Positions 22,101-37,500 of a stretch of 64,000 nt of DNA are shown one piece after another. This DNA comes from Klebsormidium nitens (taxonomy: Eukaryota; Plantae; Klebsormidiophyceae), in NCBI GenBank assembly GCA_000708835.1, contig DF236986.1:186001-250000 (forward strand), read 5' to 3'. The notes under the pieces were generated by a model. The model made no database searches. It was not told the DNA's origin and saw nothing but the letters and a program-made list of their open reading frames with translations. Made by a program: the position numbers and the translations under genes. The stretch's first letter is position 1; every line of letters starts with the position of its first letter.

Positions 22101-25100
22101 GTCCGAATTTTAACCTCTGAAGCATTTGTGGACGTGTAACAGATGGATGACGTGAGCACGTTCGCCGTCATCTGAAGACGCGACCAGATGAAGGGCTTTG
22201 CTGTCGCCCAAGTCGTCACACCACAAAAATTCGACAAAATGGTGCGAGTTAGGGTTCCGGGGCTAAATTGGAGCGGCTCACCAAGGTGAAAGGAGGGGGC
22301 TCGCACAAGGCTATGAGTTCTAGAGGGGGCGGTATAATCGAAGCTATCCATCCTGGCCTTCAAAGAAGAAAGGGCGATGGCGAAGCGGCAGGCTAGGATG
22401 GGGGAGCGGGAAGAAAACCACCTCAGGACGTCCCAGCTCTAAACAAAGCGCGCGTTCAAGAAGGCAGGCGACCTCAACTGCATCTAGAGCCATAGCTACC
22501 CTTTTCTGCACTCGTGTGAAAAACGAAAAGGTGCTGAAGATGAGTCTACTCAGATTATAGGGCCCGCAAAACCTGCCAAAGACGATCACGGACCTGCAAA
22601 CGGGGCTCTCTTTGAACGGAGAAACACTGAGGCGCTCTGCAATCTTAGCGGCCTTCGCGCCTTATCACCTTCACCTTCATGAAGGCTACGCTCTACCGGT
22701 CACTATGCGCAGCCAATATCGACCACCTTATTGTTTTAGCCGCCCTTTCGAGAATCTGCAAGCTCACGTTTTGGGTGCCGCACTCGAGCGAGAATGCGTG
22801 CCCCGTCTGCTTGTAGTGGTTCACCGCGTGCTGCATCTTGTAGCGCCCGCAGCCGACGTTCCCGCAGATGACGCACATCCACAGGTTCTCCGTCGTGCCG
22901 CAGTCGTCACACACTGAGTCGGTCGGCTGCTCTTGGACATATCGACAGACCTGGGGCATAGGATATGGGGGTCAGCAACAGGATATGACGTGAGAGGCTT
23001 CAGTCTATTTTGAGTTTGTTCCCGCAGATGACGCACATCCACAGGTTCTCCGTCGTGCCGCAGTCGTCACACACCGAGTCAGTCGGTTGTTCTTGGACGT
23101 ATCGACAGACCTGGGGGCATACGATATGGCAAGTGAGCAAGGTTAAACGACTGAGGAGGCTCCAGAATGTGTCACTTGAATCCCTGCGTTAACGTACATC
23201 CACAGGTTCTCCGTTGTGCCGCAGTCGTCGCTCACTGAGTCGCACGGCTGCTCTTGGACGTTGCGGCAGACCTGGGGGCATACGCTATGGCGCATCAGCA
23301 ATAAGGTATGTCGCAGGAGGCTTTGAAAGTGTCATAATTCTGTGACAGCAGATGCAATCCTTCAAGCGCTGCACGCACCCATCCTACCCATTGACTAAGC
23401 CGACCCGACCAAATACTGGCACTTATCCTTGCACTGAGCTTATCTATCCTTGCACTAGGCTAATATTGCTCAATGATTCTATCGAAATCCTCAAAGGAAC
23501 GAATTACCTGGACGTACCGGGAAAGGTGAATCCGCACCGCTTGGAGCACGAAAGAAAATTGGAAACAAGTACTTCCAATCGAAAAAGACCGGTGCATAGA
23601 GCAGCATGAGACAGGAACGTACCGGACAGGTGGAGTCGGACCATTTCGATATACAGCTGCTGTGGAAGGAGTGGTTGCAGACGGTGATGAGAATGCCGCT
23701 GATGTGCGCATCCATCCGTTCTGAAAAGGAGGCAGGGGTCAGACGTCAGCATTGCAGGGCCCACGTCAGTTTCGGTATGTGCATGCATCATCCCTGTACT
23801 GTCACCCATGTCAGCAGAATTCACTTCACGTCAGCGCATGTCAGCCGTCTCAGCAAAGGCAATAGTATCCAGATGTGGGCGACGGGAAGAAGGCCTCGAA
23901 ACGGAGACGGAGACGGCGTTGTGGGCATTGGCAGTGGACGAAAAGTTCGTTCATCAGGACGATATTGGGAATTCTTTCACGTCATTGACAGCGACGGCAG
24001 AACCGACAAGTCAAAAGTCTATGATCGGGACATCAAAAAAACCGGTTGGAACGACCTGACCATCTGCCAGCTGCAAACCCGTCACCACTTTGAGCAGCGT
24101 CACTAAACCCACCAATTTTCCGATGTAACCCAGACTTATCTGTTTTCTGCTTGCGTAGACTGCCCGTCTCGCTTACTTCGTCAACATCCGCTTTCTCTGT
24201 CACGCTGGGCGCCGCACTTGAGTATTCCTTTTCGTATTTGCAATTTAATCTGAACCTAACCCAATCAGCCTCGTTGAAGAGCCTCGGTGCTTCCGGGCGA
24301 ACCATTCGATTAGGGCAATTGTAATTCCCTGATATCAGAATGGTTGACAAGAGTCTCCAGTAACACCAGAAACAACTAAACCCACAAAACAGACGTACCT
24401 AGGCAGACTGGACACGTGGGCAGTTCCACCAGGCCTGCAGGTGGGGTCGACGCCACCTCGTCCGAATCCGTGTACTGGACGTCCGAGGTAAAGAAAACGT
24501 GGCAGAAGATGGGCTGCAAGGAAATGAAGGCAGACTTGAGTTCGAAAATTTACTTTGAAACGAAAACGTCTACACTACTGTTAGCAACAAGAGTCGGGCT
24601 ATGAGCATCAGCGGCCGATTAGTGTAAGTGGCATCGTCTATAGATGGAAATGATATCGAGAAGGTCTTTCCTCTGAGAAGCAAACGGAATGAGAAGCACA
24701 CGGAATGGAATGGCATGCTGCTCACAGACGACCGAACCTGCCTGCGTATCCAACTTCGTCAAGCTAATGGGTGTCACCCGAAAAGGTACCAAAATTGTGT
24801 CTGCTTATCTTCCATAACGAGACGAGGAACAATTCGAACGAGCTACTCCGGACAGAAGAAAGTGAAATGAAGACATAAAAGAGGATGTTCACGTGTTCCT
24901 CCAGGAAGAATGAAAGGATGGTAGTAAAGAGGACATCCAAGCTCACCTCCAGGGAAGAAAACTGCTTCCCGTTGTATGACAGGTAGAAGTCGTCAGCATG
25001 TTCCTGCGAGTCGAACTTAAGCAGGACCATGTACTGATTGGTCGCGTTTTCGTACCTGCAACAAAGCTGTCCAGATTTTAGTTGATGATGCGGAGTGATC

Positions 25101-26950
25101 AAAGTCAAAAAGCGTAGCTTATGAGTGGTTGGCTCGTCTCTGGATGTCTCGCATGCCTTCAGAATCAATTTGTTGCTCCAGATCTGACTTCCTGTCTTAT
25201 GAAGTACGATTTGGTGTGGATTCAACGTTTGGATAAGCTCGTTGCGGCAAGTTAAAATGTTGTATGTCTTCCAGAAGTATCTGACGTAATCCATTGATCT
25301 CCTTTCTCATGGAGCTCATCCCGATGCAAACAACATTCCGGTGGGATCATTTACGAAAATCCTGTCCGAGGGCCACGAAAGGAAGCAGGGGCCCCAATCT
25401 GCCAGCATTAGATATGATCGGAAGCATTCCAAAAATGGCTCCGATTAAAACCGCCCCAACCGAGAATGGCTTCGAAGATACAACGTCAGGCGCTGCATAC
25501 GCGCGCTTATCTGTCAAACAAATGAAAGCAAGTCCTCAAACCATGACCCCGCCAGGTCATTCCTCATAAGTTGCAAGCCGCGCTCGCCTGACTATCCTGA
25601 GTTTTGAGATGTACGCGAGGTGTTCCCCCGTGAACTGGCAGAAGTCGGCGCCGGACATGTAGGACGGGACTGCCAGCACGCACACCTGCTCCGTCCGACC
25701 GTCCTGCACAAACACAAAGAGGGTTTATTCTTAACCGCGTTCGACCATTCTTGGTTTAAGAAGGCCCGTCGACAAGTAGTTGGTGCATCCGTCTGCTCAA
25801 AAACTGGTCGATCCTCGGGGCAAGTTACTCTGATGCGAAGGGACTTTGGCAAACTGATTTTCGTGCACAATGCGGGGAGAAATTTGTCCTTGACGACCTC
25901 TGCTCCGGGGCCCGTACTTGGCTGAAGGGCTCACCGCCACATACACAGAGCCTCTGTCTGCCCTTAGGTGGTTATGCACTATTGTACGTTGTGAAACGAA
26001 CCGCCCGGGTCTCTTCTTGAAGAAGCCGACATCGATACAGAGCGAGGACTCGAAGAGAAAATTCCATTCAAAGCAACTTTGTGAAGTAAGCGAATACATG
26101 AAAACTATTGAAGTGTGAAGGCAGAGGAGCTCATGCAATCAAACAGATCATCTCTGAAACGAAACGTAGGTTGCAGAAGAAAAGGCAAGTTGAATTTTCA
26201 CCACCACACCCCAATCACGTATGATGCCACTCATGGGGGTCTCCAAAGAACCCACGCAAGTCTGAAGCAATCCCAATGAGTTCGACATTGCCGGGACACG
26301 GTGTTTCGAAAGCATATGTCCAATGAGAGAAAAGCTTATCAGCACTTCACGCACAGCAATCGCTCCAAGCACAGCGATTGGCTGCTACTGAACAATCAAA
26401 GAGAAGATACAGTCCCTCCCTGCTTCTAGCAGTGGTGCCTTTGAAACAATACAGTGTTCCAGAATTGTCTGCTCAAAGATGGCTCAGGAACTGCAAACTC
26501 ACAGCATTGCATAGTTGCATCATTTTGGACCGCTGCATTCACTGTGGGGCAAACCTGAGCTCTATATGTGGCAGCATTGCTCAAGTAGAAGTCAAAATAC
26601 CGGTGAATTGCCAAGTACGGTCAGCTTGAATCAATCTGGCTCACCGGCAAAACTTGTAGCGCCTCCGTTGATTGCTCCACGTTTCTGAACAAGTGGACGA
26701 CCCCAGACCTCTTTTCCATCTTCGGATTTCCTGAAGAAAAGCGCACCGTCTTCAGTTCCCCACCATCGTCTTCTTCCTGTCCGACCATGAGCTTCTTCTC
26801 TTTGTCCCGCCGCTTCTTGCCCACTGTCACCCAGCCGCCATCCAAGAAGGCGACTTCATCATGCGCCGATTCTCCTTGAGAACTTCTCTCCCCCGACGTT
26901 GAAGTTTCTTCCCCCGCCGCATCAGCGCCCCTGATTTGGACGTGCAACAT
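19143..26950 (-). CDS. BRAP: BRAP2/IMP/BRIZ-family E3 ubiquitin ligase (BRAP2 domain, RING-H2, ZnF-UBP, coiled coil)
   Basis: FSSGNP...GVVHLFR; VCVLAVPSYMSGADFCQF; NQYMVLLKF; ELPTCPVCLERMD...[47 protein letters not shown]...HAVNHYKQTGH; VWDYAGDGYVHRL; EQVRDLLFNFEAQ. Stop TGA at 19145-19143. Confidence 0.95.
19955..20072. repeat. About 24-bp degenerate tandem repeat, ~5 units, next to a BRAP acceptor
   Basis: Units such as GACTGGGTTAACGAGAGTTGCAC and GACTGGGTTAACGAGGGGTTGCAT. Confidence 0.75.
21143..21340 (-). repeat. Two donor-side echo copies of a BRAP exon end
   Basis: Live VEAEKELREARH|gtgagg; echoes VEVEKELQETGQ|gttag (21293-21340) and VEVTKELQEARL|gtgag (21143-21192). Confidence 0.75.
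23017..23292 (-). repeat. Two acceptor-side echo copies of the BRAP ZnF-UBP exon start
   Basis: ccccag|GTCTG... occurs three times; the echoes carry about 93 nt and about 75 nt of exon sequence. Confidence 0.92.
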
Positions 26951-27696
26951 GGTTGCTCAACCAGGCACCTCCCTTTCAACAACAAGCACAGCAGTTAGGC
27001 TAGCAGATAGCCTCTTAGGTCCAAATTTACCGAGCTTGAAAGAAGGATGAAGATGCCGCGCCAGAACCTTTGCTTTCTGATTGCTTCAACCATGATCACA
27101 TGAGCTTTAGCGAAGGTCCTGCCAATCCAGCAATGGCGCCAATTAGCGGCAAAGCGCAGTGCAGCTGGGCTGGCATTAGGGTTTCTGGAGCTTTTGCATC
27201 TTTTAAGCATTTAGGGTTCTGGTGAGCTCGTGACGTTACACCGTGGTACGTACCAACGCGTTTGGGTGAACTTGTATTTACCGAGTAACGGGACACCGCG
27301 GTGCGTACCCATGCTTTGCCCATGTGGCACATGCCAAGTCAGCACGGCTGCAGATGACGGTACCTTCCATGGTACGCACCGTTTCGTAGCGTGCCCGTTT
27401 CCCGACCCTTCCGGAAGTTGCAAGCACGCGTCTCGGTCAGCCGGTACATCACCTTTCGTATGTACCGGGCAGAATCAGAGGGTCTCAGGAAAAATGCCAT
27501 GGGTTCAAAGAAGTCAAGCAAGCTCCCCAGGAAGTCTCAACAGAGAGACCGGCAAACTTACTACTGACCGGTATGGACCACCGGGGCGCTCGACAGTTTT
27601 GAACAGACGTTTGCAGCTTGCAAAAAGGAATTGCACCGGAGAGAAGAAGATTCGGGACCCTCGACCCCTGGCCAGCATCGGTGTGAACGAGTGTGA

Positions 27697-30471
<2,775 letters not shown>

Positions 30472-30813
30472 ACGATTATGGTACTTGTCAGAGAGGTAGC
30501 GGCCATTGTGTAGGACGCAAACTGTACAGTGTATATTGTCCAAAGCATTGCTGAAATGGTTCCATATCTCAAGACACTTCCAGTTCATACAATTCTGACA
30601 ATGGCATGATTTGCAGAGATGAATCGAAGCTCAGCCAAAATGTTTCATGGTATTGGCAAGACGGACGTTATGACTTGGATATGCGCACATGCCATGCTAC
30701 AAAGTGTACATTTCAGTGTTCAAGCCATCTTGTCAGCCAACAAAGATACCTTAATGAGAATCTGCTTTGAGATGTGCTACTATTCACACTTCCACACTTG
30801 GCTGATCGCCAAC

Positions 30814-31215
30814 TTAAACCCCCACCAGGGGTATAAACAGTGCTGGTTACCAGCTTTGCCATAATCATCTTTCGCAACTTGAAAATTGCGACGGGCGCAT
30901 TAGGGCACAACTTGAACATATACAAGAAGGTGCTCCGCCAGCAGAAAAACAAGCCGCTTCTTTCGGTTTTGAGCGGCGGTTTCGATCCCCTGGCCTCATC
31001 CAATATAGACTGAAACGAAGCCATAGAAAGAAAGACCGCCGAAAACAGAGGAGTAATTACTCCTCCATTTTTGAGATTATATAAGCTCAGATTTCCAGGA
31101 CTTGTTCAAGCATGCTGCATGCGCCTTCGGACCGAAAGTTGAATTCCGGCCCTGGCCGTTGGCGAGAATGACAGCCGGTTAATCGCCCCAAGTTATATCC
31201 CCGGTGGGGGTTTAA
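30814..31215. mobile_element. 394-bp TTAA-flanked element with about 19-bp imperfect TIRs
   Basis: Left TTAA|ACCCCCACCAGGGGTATAA (30814-30836). The right end, reverse complemented, reads TTAA|ACCCCCACCGGGGATATAA (TTAA at 31212-31215). Confidence 0.55.
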
Positions 31216-31564
31216 GAAGTCTTTTGCATAAAAACCCTGATATACCGACCATGCGCCCACGCAATCCATGGATCATGCCATGGGTTGACAGACTCCTCAT
31301 CGCAAACATCCAATATACAATATGTATCTGGTCGGCCAACTGAATTTGCAATCGATCCATCCAGCAACTGTGCATATTGATTTGTCGTGCATGGCAGATT
31401 TAATCAGTCTTCAAGCTTGCACGAAATTACGAGTTCATGACCCCCTAGTTAGCTATCAATGCATATATTCGACCATGCTTTACGTGCTTGACGCACACGG
31501 TATGTAACAAAAGTGAAGACTCAGCTTGTCAGGTTGCAGCTGGACATCTGTGCCAACAATTGCA

Positions 31565-34500
31565 TCAGATTTTGCTATATTGAAGGTTATGATGTCGCAC
31601 AGAGAAGATGTCCTGCAAGACTCCCCCTTCGTTGACGTCAGCCAACTCCCGAAGCTCGTCCACTGTCGACCGCCAGGCAATGTGCCCGTCGGGCCGCACG
31701 AGCAGTATCACTCCGGGGCCGATACGTGGCATCGCAGCCCAGCTCTCATGTACATCTACCAGGTGCAAAACGCTTTGATCCGTTTCCTCATTTCCTATGG
31801 GGCTTGTCCGCTCGCTCCTGTTGCCACTGATCTCTTGAGAGTCTGCTTTAGCGCCGTCGGGCCAAATAACGGCCCCACGAATTGGAAACGGAAGTAAGCT
31901 TTGGAGGTCTGCGAGCGCGCGCTTCCAATCGGCGCCATCTCGGTCGACTGAGACGATTAGCCTCAGGAATAGCTGCCCGGAATCTGTCAGGTCCAAGGTC
32001 GATACGGTGTCCTGCAAAGAGGCATGCATCTGCTTCAGCGACGATTCCAAATCCCCATCAGTACCGAGATTCGTTGAAAGCGCACTCCTTTGAGCGCCGA
32101 ACATTTTGAATATGCTCAACATCGGCACGGATACTGGTCTTAACCCTCCCGCACGGGAAACTATGAGGATCCAGAACCGAGACGAGTTTGTCTTGGGACT
32201 TTACCGTAGACGCTCTCAGGATGACCAGGAGAAAGTAGACGTTTGAGAGGGGACTAGGGTTCTGATCAACCCAAAGGAGCGGATCTCTTCGAGTAGCAGG
32301 AAAGTAACAAGACGAGCAACCATTGAGGATGAACGAGAAGCAAAAGCTCATACGTGCCCCACTCCCAGAAGCAAGTGACGGCATCAACCTGCATTGCCAA
32401 CGAAACTCCATGCATAACGTCACTCAAGCTCTGTGTGGATCCTGACACCAAGTAAGAACCTGACCTTTGTCGCAGACACAGCGCCAGTTTCGATGTCAAT
32501 CAGCCCAACTGCGAGCTCGCAGTGGGGCAACCGGAACCCCGGCCGCGTGTCCGGCTCATAGCCGGTCCGCCTGCCCATGGCGTTTGCCCGCTCCGCACGC
32601 TCGATGACGTCAGGCACACCGGTCCAGAGCGCTCCCTGGGTGTACCTGTTGACGTTTTCAGACGGGGATCAGGATAAGCTATGAGCAATAGGTTCGAAGA
32701 GCGTATGAAAAAGTGGAAACATGAGGATGCAATAATGTACACCGTAGCGGGAAGGCCTTGATCCGAAGAAGAGTGACGCCACCTATCCGTGAATGACTAA
32801 TTCGACTTGGTTTTCCATATAATGTTGCATAAGCGCTTTCAGATTCCGTCGGCTGCAGCTGGTTACGCTCGCCCCTTTTCAAATCACCCGTCAAGAATCA
32901 GTAGTGGTCCGTTTGCTCTCTCGGTCTGGAAGCCTTTTCCCAAAGACTGACAACTCCCAACACGCTAAGGACAACGTTGCTTAGGATTCCGCTGCGCTAA
33001 CCGGAATCCGAGGTCCTCCGCCGGAAACTGCAGCTGCAGGCTCTCCCCCTCGCGTATGATCCGCGCGACTTCCGCCAGCCGGGCCCTGCCCACGGGGTTG
33101 TTGGCGTTTAACAGTAGGGGCGACATTTGTGCGCGGCCCAAAGCAAGGCCTCTCTCCAACAGTTCTCTTTGGTAGGTCGCAGGAAGGAGGCTGATAGGCG
33201 GGCGGTTGAGGGTCCGGAGAAGTAACCTGGGCGGTTAAGAGAAAAGGTTTAGGAGCATTTTAACGAGGGTTAGGCGCGGCCCAACGGAAGGCCTTTCTCG
33301 AGGAGCTCCCTCTGGTAGGCCGCGGGGAGGAGGCTCATTGGAATTTGGGGGCCGGTTGAGCGCCCGGAGAAGTAACCTGGGCGGTTACGAAGAAGGGTTA
33401 GGAACGGGTTAGCAAGTGTTAGGCGCGCCCCAACGTTTTTTTTGAGGAGCTCCCTCTAGTAGGCTGCAGGAGGAGGCTGATCGGCGGACGGTTGAGCGTC
33501 CGGAAAATAAGCTGGGCTGTTAAGAAGAGGTTCAGGAAAGGGTTAGGGAGGGTTAGACGCATCCCAATGCAACTCTCGAGCAGCTCCCTCTGGTAGGTTT
33601 CGGGGAGAAGGCTACAATCATTGGCGGGCCGTTGAGCGTCCGGAAAAGCAGCCTGGGCTGGATTTACAAAGGGTAACGGAGGAACCGGTGAGGGTTTAGG
33701 CAGCTCGCCAAGGGTTGGCGATGCTAAGTAACAAGACGTATAACGCCCGGAGAGAACAGCGCTGCGGGTGCGGAGAGCTAAGTGCACAGCACAGCGACCG
33801 AATTCTTCCAAACGGACCGGAAGAAAAAGCAAACGTCTAGGTCAAGACCTGGGTCCGTAACTGAGGTTGACGAGGTGAAGTTTTGAGACAGAGACCCAGG
33901 AAAGAGGAAAGTGCTTCTCGGCAGACGGGCCAGAATTCGGACAGAAGCAAGTGAGCCAATTTCAAAACGAACTCTGCAACGTAAGGAGCATCATCGGAAT
34001 GTCGTGTTCGGAAAAGATGGAACGTGAACGCCTGAACGCCTGAGAGCCTGACGTTAGCTCGCACAAGACGGCGTCCCGAAACACGACCGGACGTCACTCA
34101 CTTTGCTGCGGCAGGGTCCAACCCCAGCGCGGACGGGATGGCCATGGCGCCCTTGAAGTTGGACACGCTGAGCGCCGTGTTCGCCTCTGCGATCTGCGGA
34201 AAATGTTCGAGAGCTGAGCTGTGCGTCCAATCTAGTTCCGAAGTCTTGCAAAATTGTTTGAGCAGTAGTCACGTTTCCAGTGAAGGGCTCCGTGTTCGCC
34301 TCTGCGATCTGCGGAAAATGTGAAGAGCTGAGCTTCGCGTCCAGCCTAGTTCTGAGCCTGCGGAAACTCTAAGTAGCATCCACGTCTACAATAAACCACG
34401 TTTCCAATAGAGGGCGCCTTGTTCGTTTCTGCAAGCTGGATCACGGTCAGGAAGACCTAAACTCTTGATCAATGCAATTTCAAGCCTCTTGCGAGCGGTC

Positions 34501-37500
34501 CAGAGCTCCATTTAGGATCCTTGAGGAGGCGAGCGGAGCCGTGATCTTCAAGAGCTTCTACCAATCACTTGCCGTTGATGACGAAGCACTCAATGACGGC
34601 CCGACTCCCCATTCCGCAAGGAACTGCCAGCAGACGACTCGCAGTTCCAAAACCTTTGCTAGGAACCTACCTTCAGATCAAAGGAAGTGTACTATGAATT
34701 AACGCATCCAACTTTCAAAACCAGATTCAAAGCATACTATTTTGAAAACCCTGAGTCTGAGAAAGTTTGAATGCGGTAACAAATTTGAGAAAAGCCCCAG
34801 TGACTCACCGGTCGCCTCTCCTGTTCGTACGTCCGCATAAAGCTGACGTCCGAAACGCCGCGTATGACAGCCGCGAGCTTCCAGGCCAGGTTGTGAGCGT
34901 CCTGGATTCCGGTGTTCATTCCTGCGGGGAAAGGAACGGAACCGGAATCAGTAACGCGAACTTTAGGGTTGTACGCGTCCTGGTTTCCGCTGCTCATTCC
35001 TGCGGGGAACGGAACGGTATTGGAATAAATAACGCGAGCTTTGAGGCCTGGTTGTGGGCGTCCTGCTCTCCTGTCTTCATTTCTGTGTGAACGGAATGGA
35101 ACTGGAATGAGTAACGGGAGCCTGAAGGCCACAATGTGAGCATCCTGGAGTAGGCTGTCTACACCTGCAGGCGACGGAACCGAAACGGAATGAAAAACGC
35201 CAGCTTTCAGGCCAGGATTTGACCGCCTGCATTCCGGTGTTCATTCCTGCGAAGGATGTTGAATGCAGGTTTTATTAAGGCGGCTCAGATGGGGGACGCA
35301 ACGGGAACGCACTTGGCAACGGGTCAGAAGGCCTCCACTCTTTGCCTGATGCTGTCCTCGACTCTGAACACGCACGAGAGGAGTGTTCGCCGTTGTTGAA
35401 GGAGACAGGGGAGAAGACAGGGAGACCTGACGCGAAAGTGCGAATGGCCGGATTTCTTCGAAAACGTCTCCGCTTGACCGCTCCAAGTGAGTCGTCCTTC
35501 CGGAGAACTGAACCTTGAAGAGCAAGAGCATCTCTTCTAAAGAACCAAAGGACTGAGTCAAAAGGCTGTAGGGCAGAAGCATCGGGCAACGATCAGAAAT
35601 GACTTGATAGCACGGCTTGGCGATGCTGGCTGTTCATCATACCAACGGAGGAACGGAAACGGAACGAGCGGGTTTTTGCAAGAGGGAAGGGGCCGTTCTG
35701 CTTCTTACTGCCTAGGAAACGCCTGGAGTCTCGCCTTTAGAAGACCGGACGAGCAGCCTTCACAGGGGCAGTGGTTGATACGTGAAAGGGGGTGGATTTC
35801 AGGGCCTCACCGAACCCCCCGGCGGGAGGGAAACGATGAGCTGCATCGCCCATCAGAAAGACGCGCCCGCTTTTGTCGGCGTACTTCTCGGCGACTTGGG
35901 CGGTCATGGTCCAGGGCCGGATCGAGCGAACTAGGACTGGAGAGTTTGCGTCGCCAATCGCCTTTTGGATCATATCCCGGCAGACCTGATACACGATGGG
36001 GCGGAGTTTGTGCATCAGCCGCTGACATAAGCAACTGAAGTGGTCTAGCGGAGCAGAGCCACCCGCAGGTAGCCCGACTCGAAGAGAGCCGTCAGAACGA
36101 AAACGCCGCGTTTCCGGGTGTGACCACTTCGTACCTAAGTATCCCCATCTTGAGAAAGTCACGTAATCAGTAGCTCGAGGGATGCTGCCTCCAAATGGGG
36201 AACACGAGGATGCGGGTCCTTCAGCACTTGCTTTACAAGTGCTAATGACAGCGACCAAACCTTTTGTTTCAGAAGAAGTCGCGTCCGTGTAGGAAAGAAG
36301 CGAGCAAAACTCGAATAGGCGAGAGGCTCCCACCGCAGTGAATAAGAGTTTTGAGCTTGTTCGTTGCCTTTCTTCTCTCTGATCCTTTCTCATCGCCGTG
36401 GTTCACTGTCTTTCCCATCTGCGTATCCTTCGACTGACCACCATCCACTCCGAAAAGGAAAAGCATACCGCGACTCAAATATGCAGTCCTCGGGCGCCCT
36501 ATGAAAGAGAAACGGTTCCCCCCTCCTGACAGACAGTTCCTTCAAAACAGATCCAAACTGGTGCCCAGGGGGGTAAGGTTCCTGGATCCTCTAAGGGGGC
36601 GACATGGTGGCAAGCCTGTGCCACTCATCCCCCCCTTGCGACTCAAATTCCTCCACAACCAACATACAGACCAGAAGCGCAGACCATTTGGCGCGTGTTC
36701 GCATCGCAGGGAACCCGGCTACCCACCTCGGGGGTGTATTCCTCGGGCCTTTGCTGGGGGGGGTAGAACGGGATCTGCGCCACGAACTCCCCCTTCCTGA
36801 GATCGTGCGCCACAACGACCATGATCACATCTTCGTTGAATACAAAGTACAGCATTGCCTGCCGCCCGTTGAGCTTCTCATGCAATCCCCGACACTCGAA
36901 ATGCACGCTGAGGAGCGATTCAATTGCGCCATCCCCTTCTAAAGAGATCCGCAAACGGCTTCTTATTCCGCTGCTTGCGCCATCCGCCGCGATCAAAAAC
37001 CTGCTATGTACATTGATTGAGTGAGGGCGAGCCGTATTTGGCTGATCTCTCGCAACTCTGGTTCCTAATTGATCCACAGTGCTCAATGGATTTGTATGTT
37101 CTGAAGCTGATTCTTGCAATGCTTGATTAAACGGGACTACTCTTGATAACACCCCCCCGGCTGCCGTCTCAAACGCCATGCACTTGTAGCCCTCTAAGAT
37201 ACACCCAAGCCCCTCGAACCCCCCAGCCAAATCGTCATCTCCTGCGCTACCCCCCACATCCTGCGCCGACCCCCTCGCTTCTTTCTCGAGCGCTTTCGCG
37301 CTTCTCAGCAGAAGCGGCACCAGCTTGTTCTGGGAGAAGTGCGCCACCGACACGGGGCTCATATTCGGACGCGCGGTCTGGTCCGAAAAGTGGTCCACCT
37401 GTCCGAGAACCGTCCCTGTCATTGTGTGGCAGTAAATGAAGCGGCGCCACTCCTCGAGGGGGGGCTGCTCGCGCCCGATGGTCGTCGCAACGTCGCCCAT

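Noticed and set aside
27408-27417. Heat-shock-element-like cTTCcgGAAg upstream of polyubiquitin
   Set aside because: Only two nGAAn units, which is expected by chance.
33170-33790. CRISPR-like interpretation of this array and of 41661-41912
   Set aside because: The units are degenerate copies of the host exon edge, with no constant repeat/unique spacer structure, no cas genes, and a eukaryotic context.
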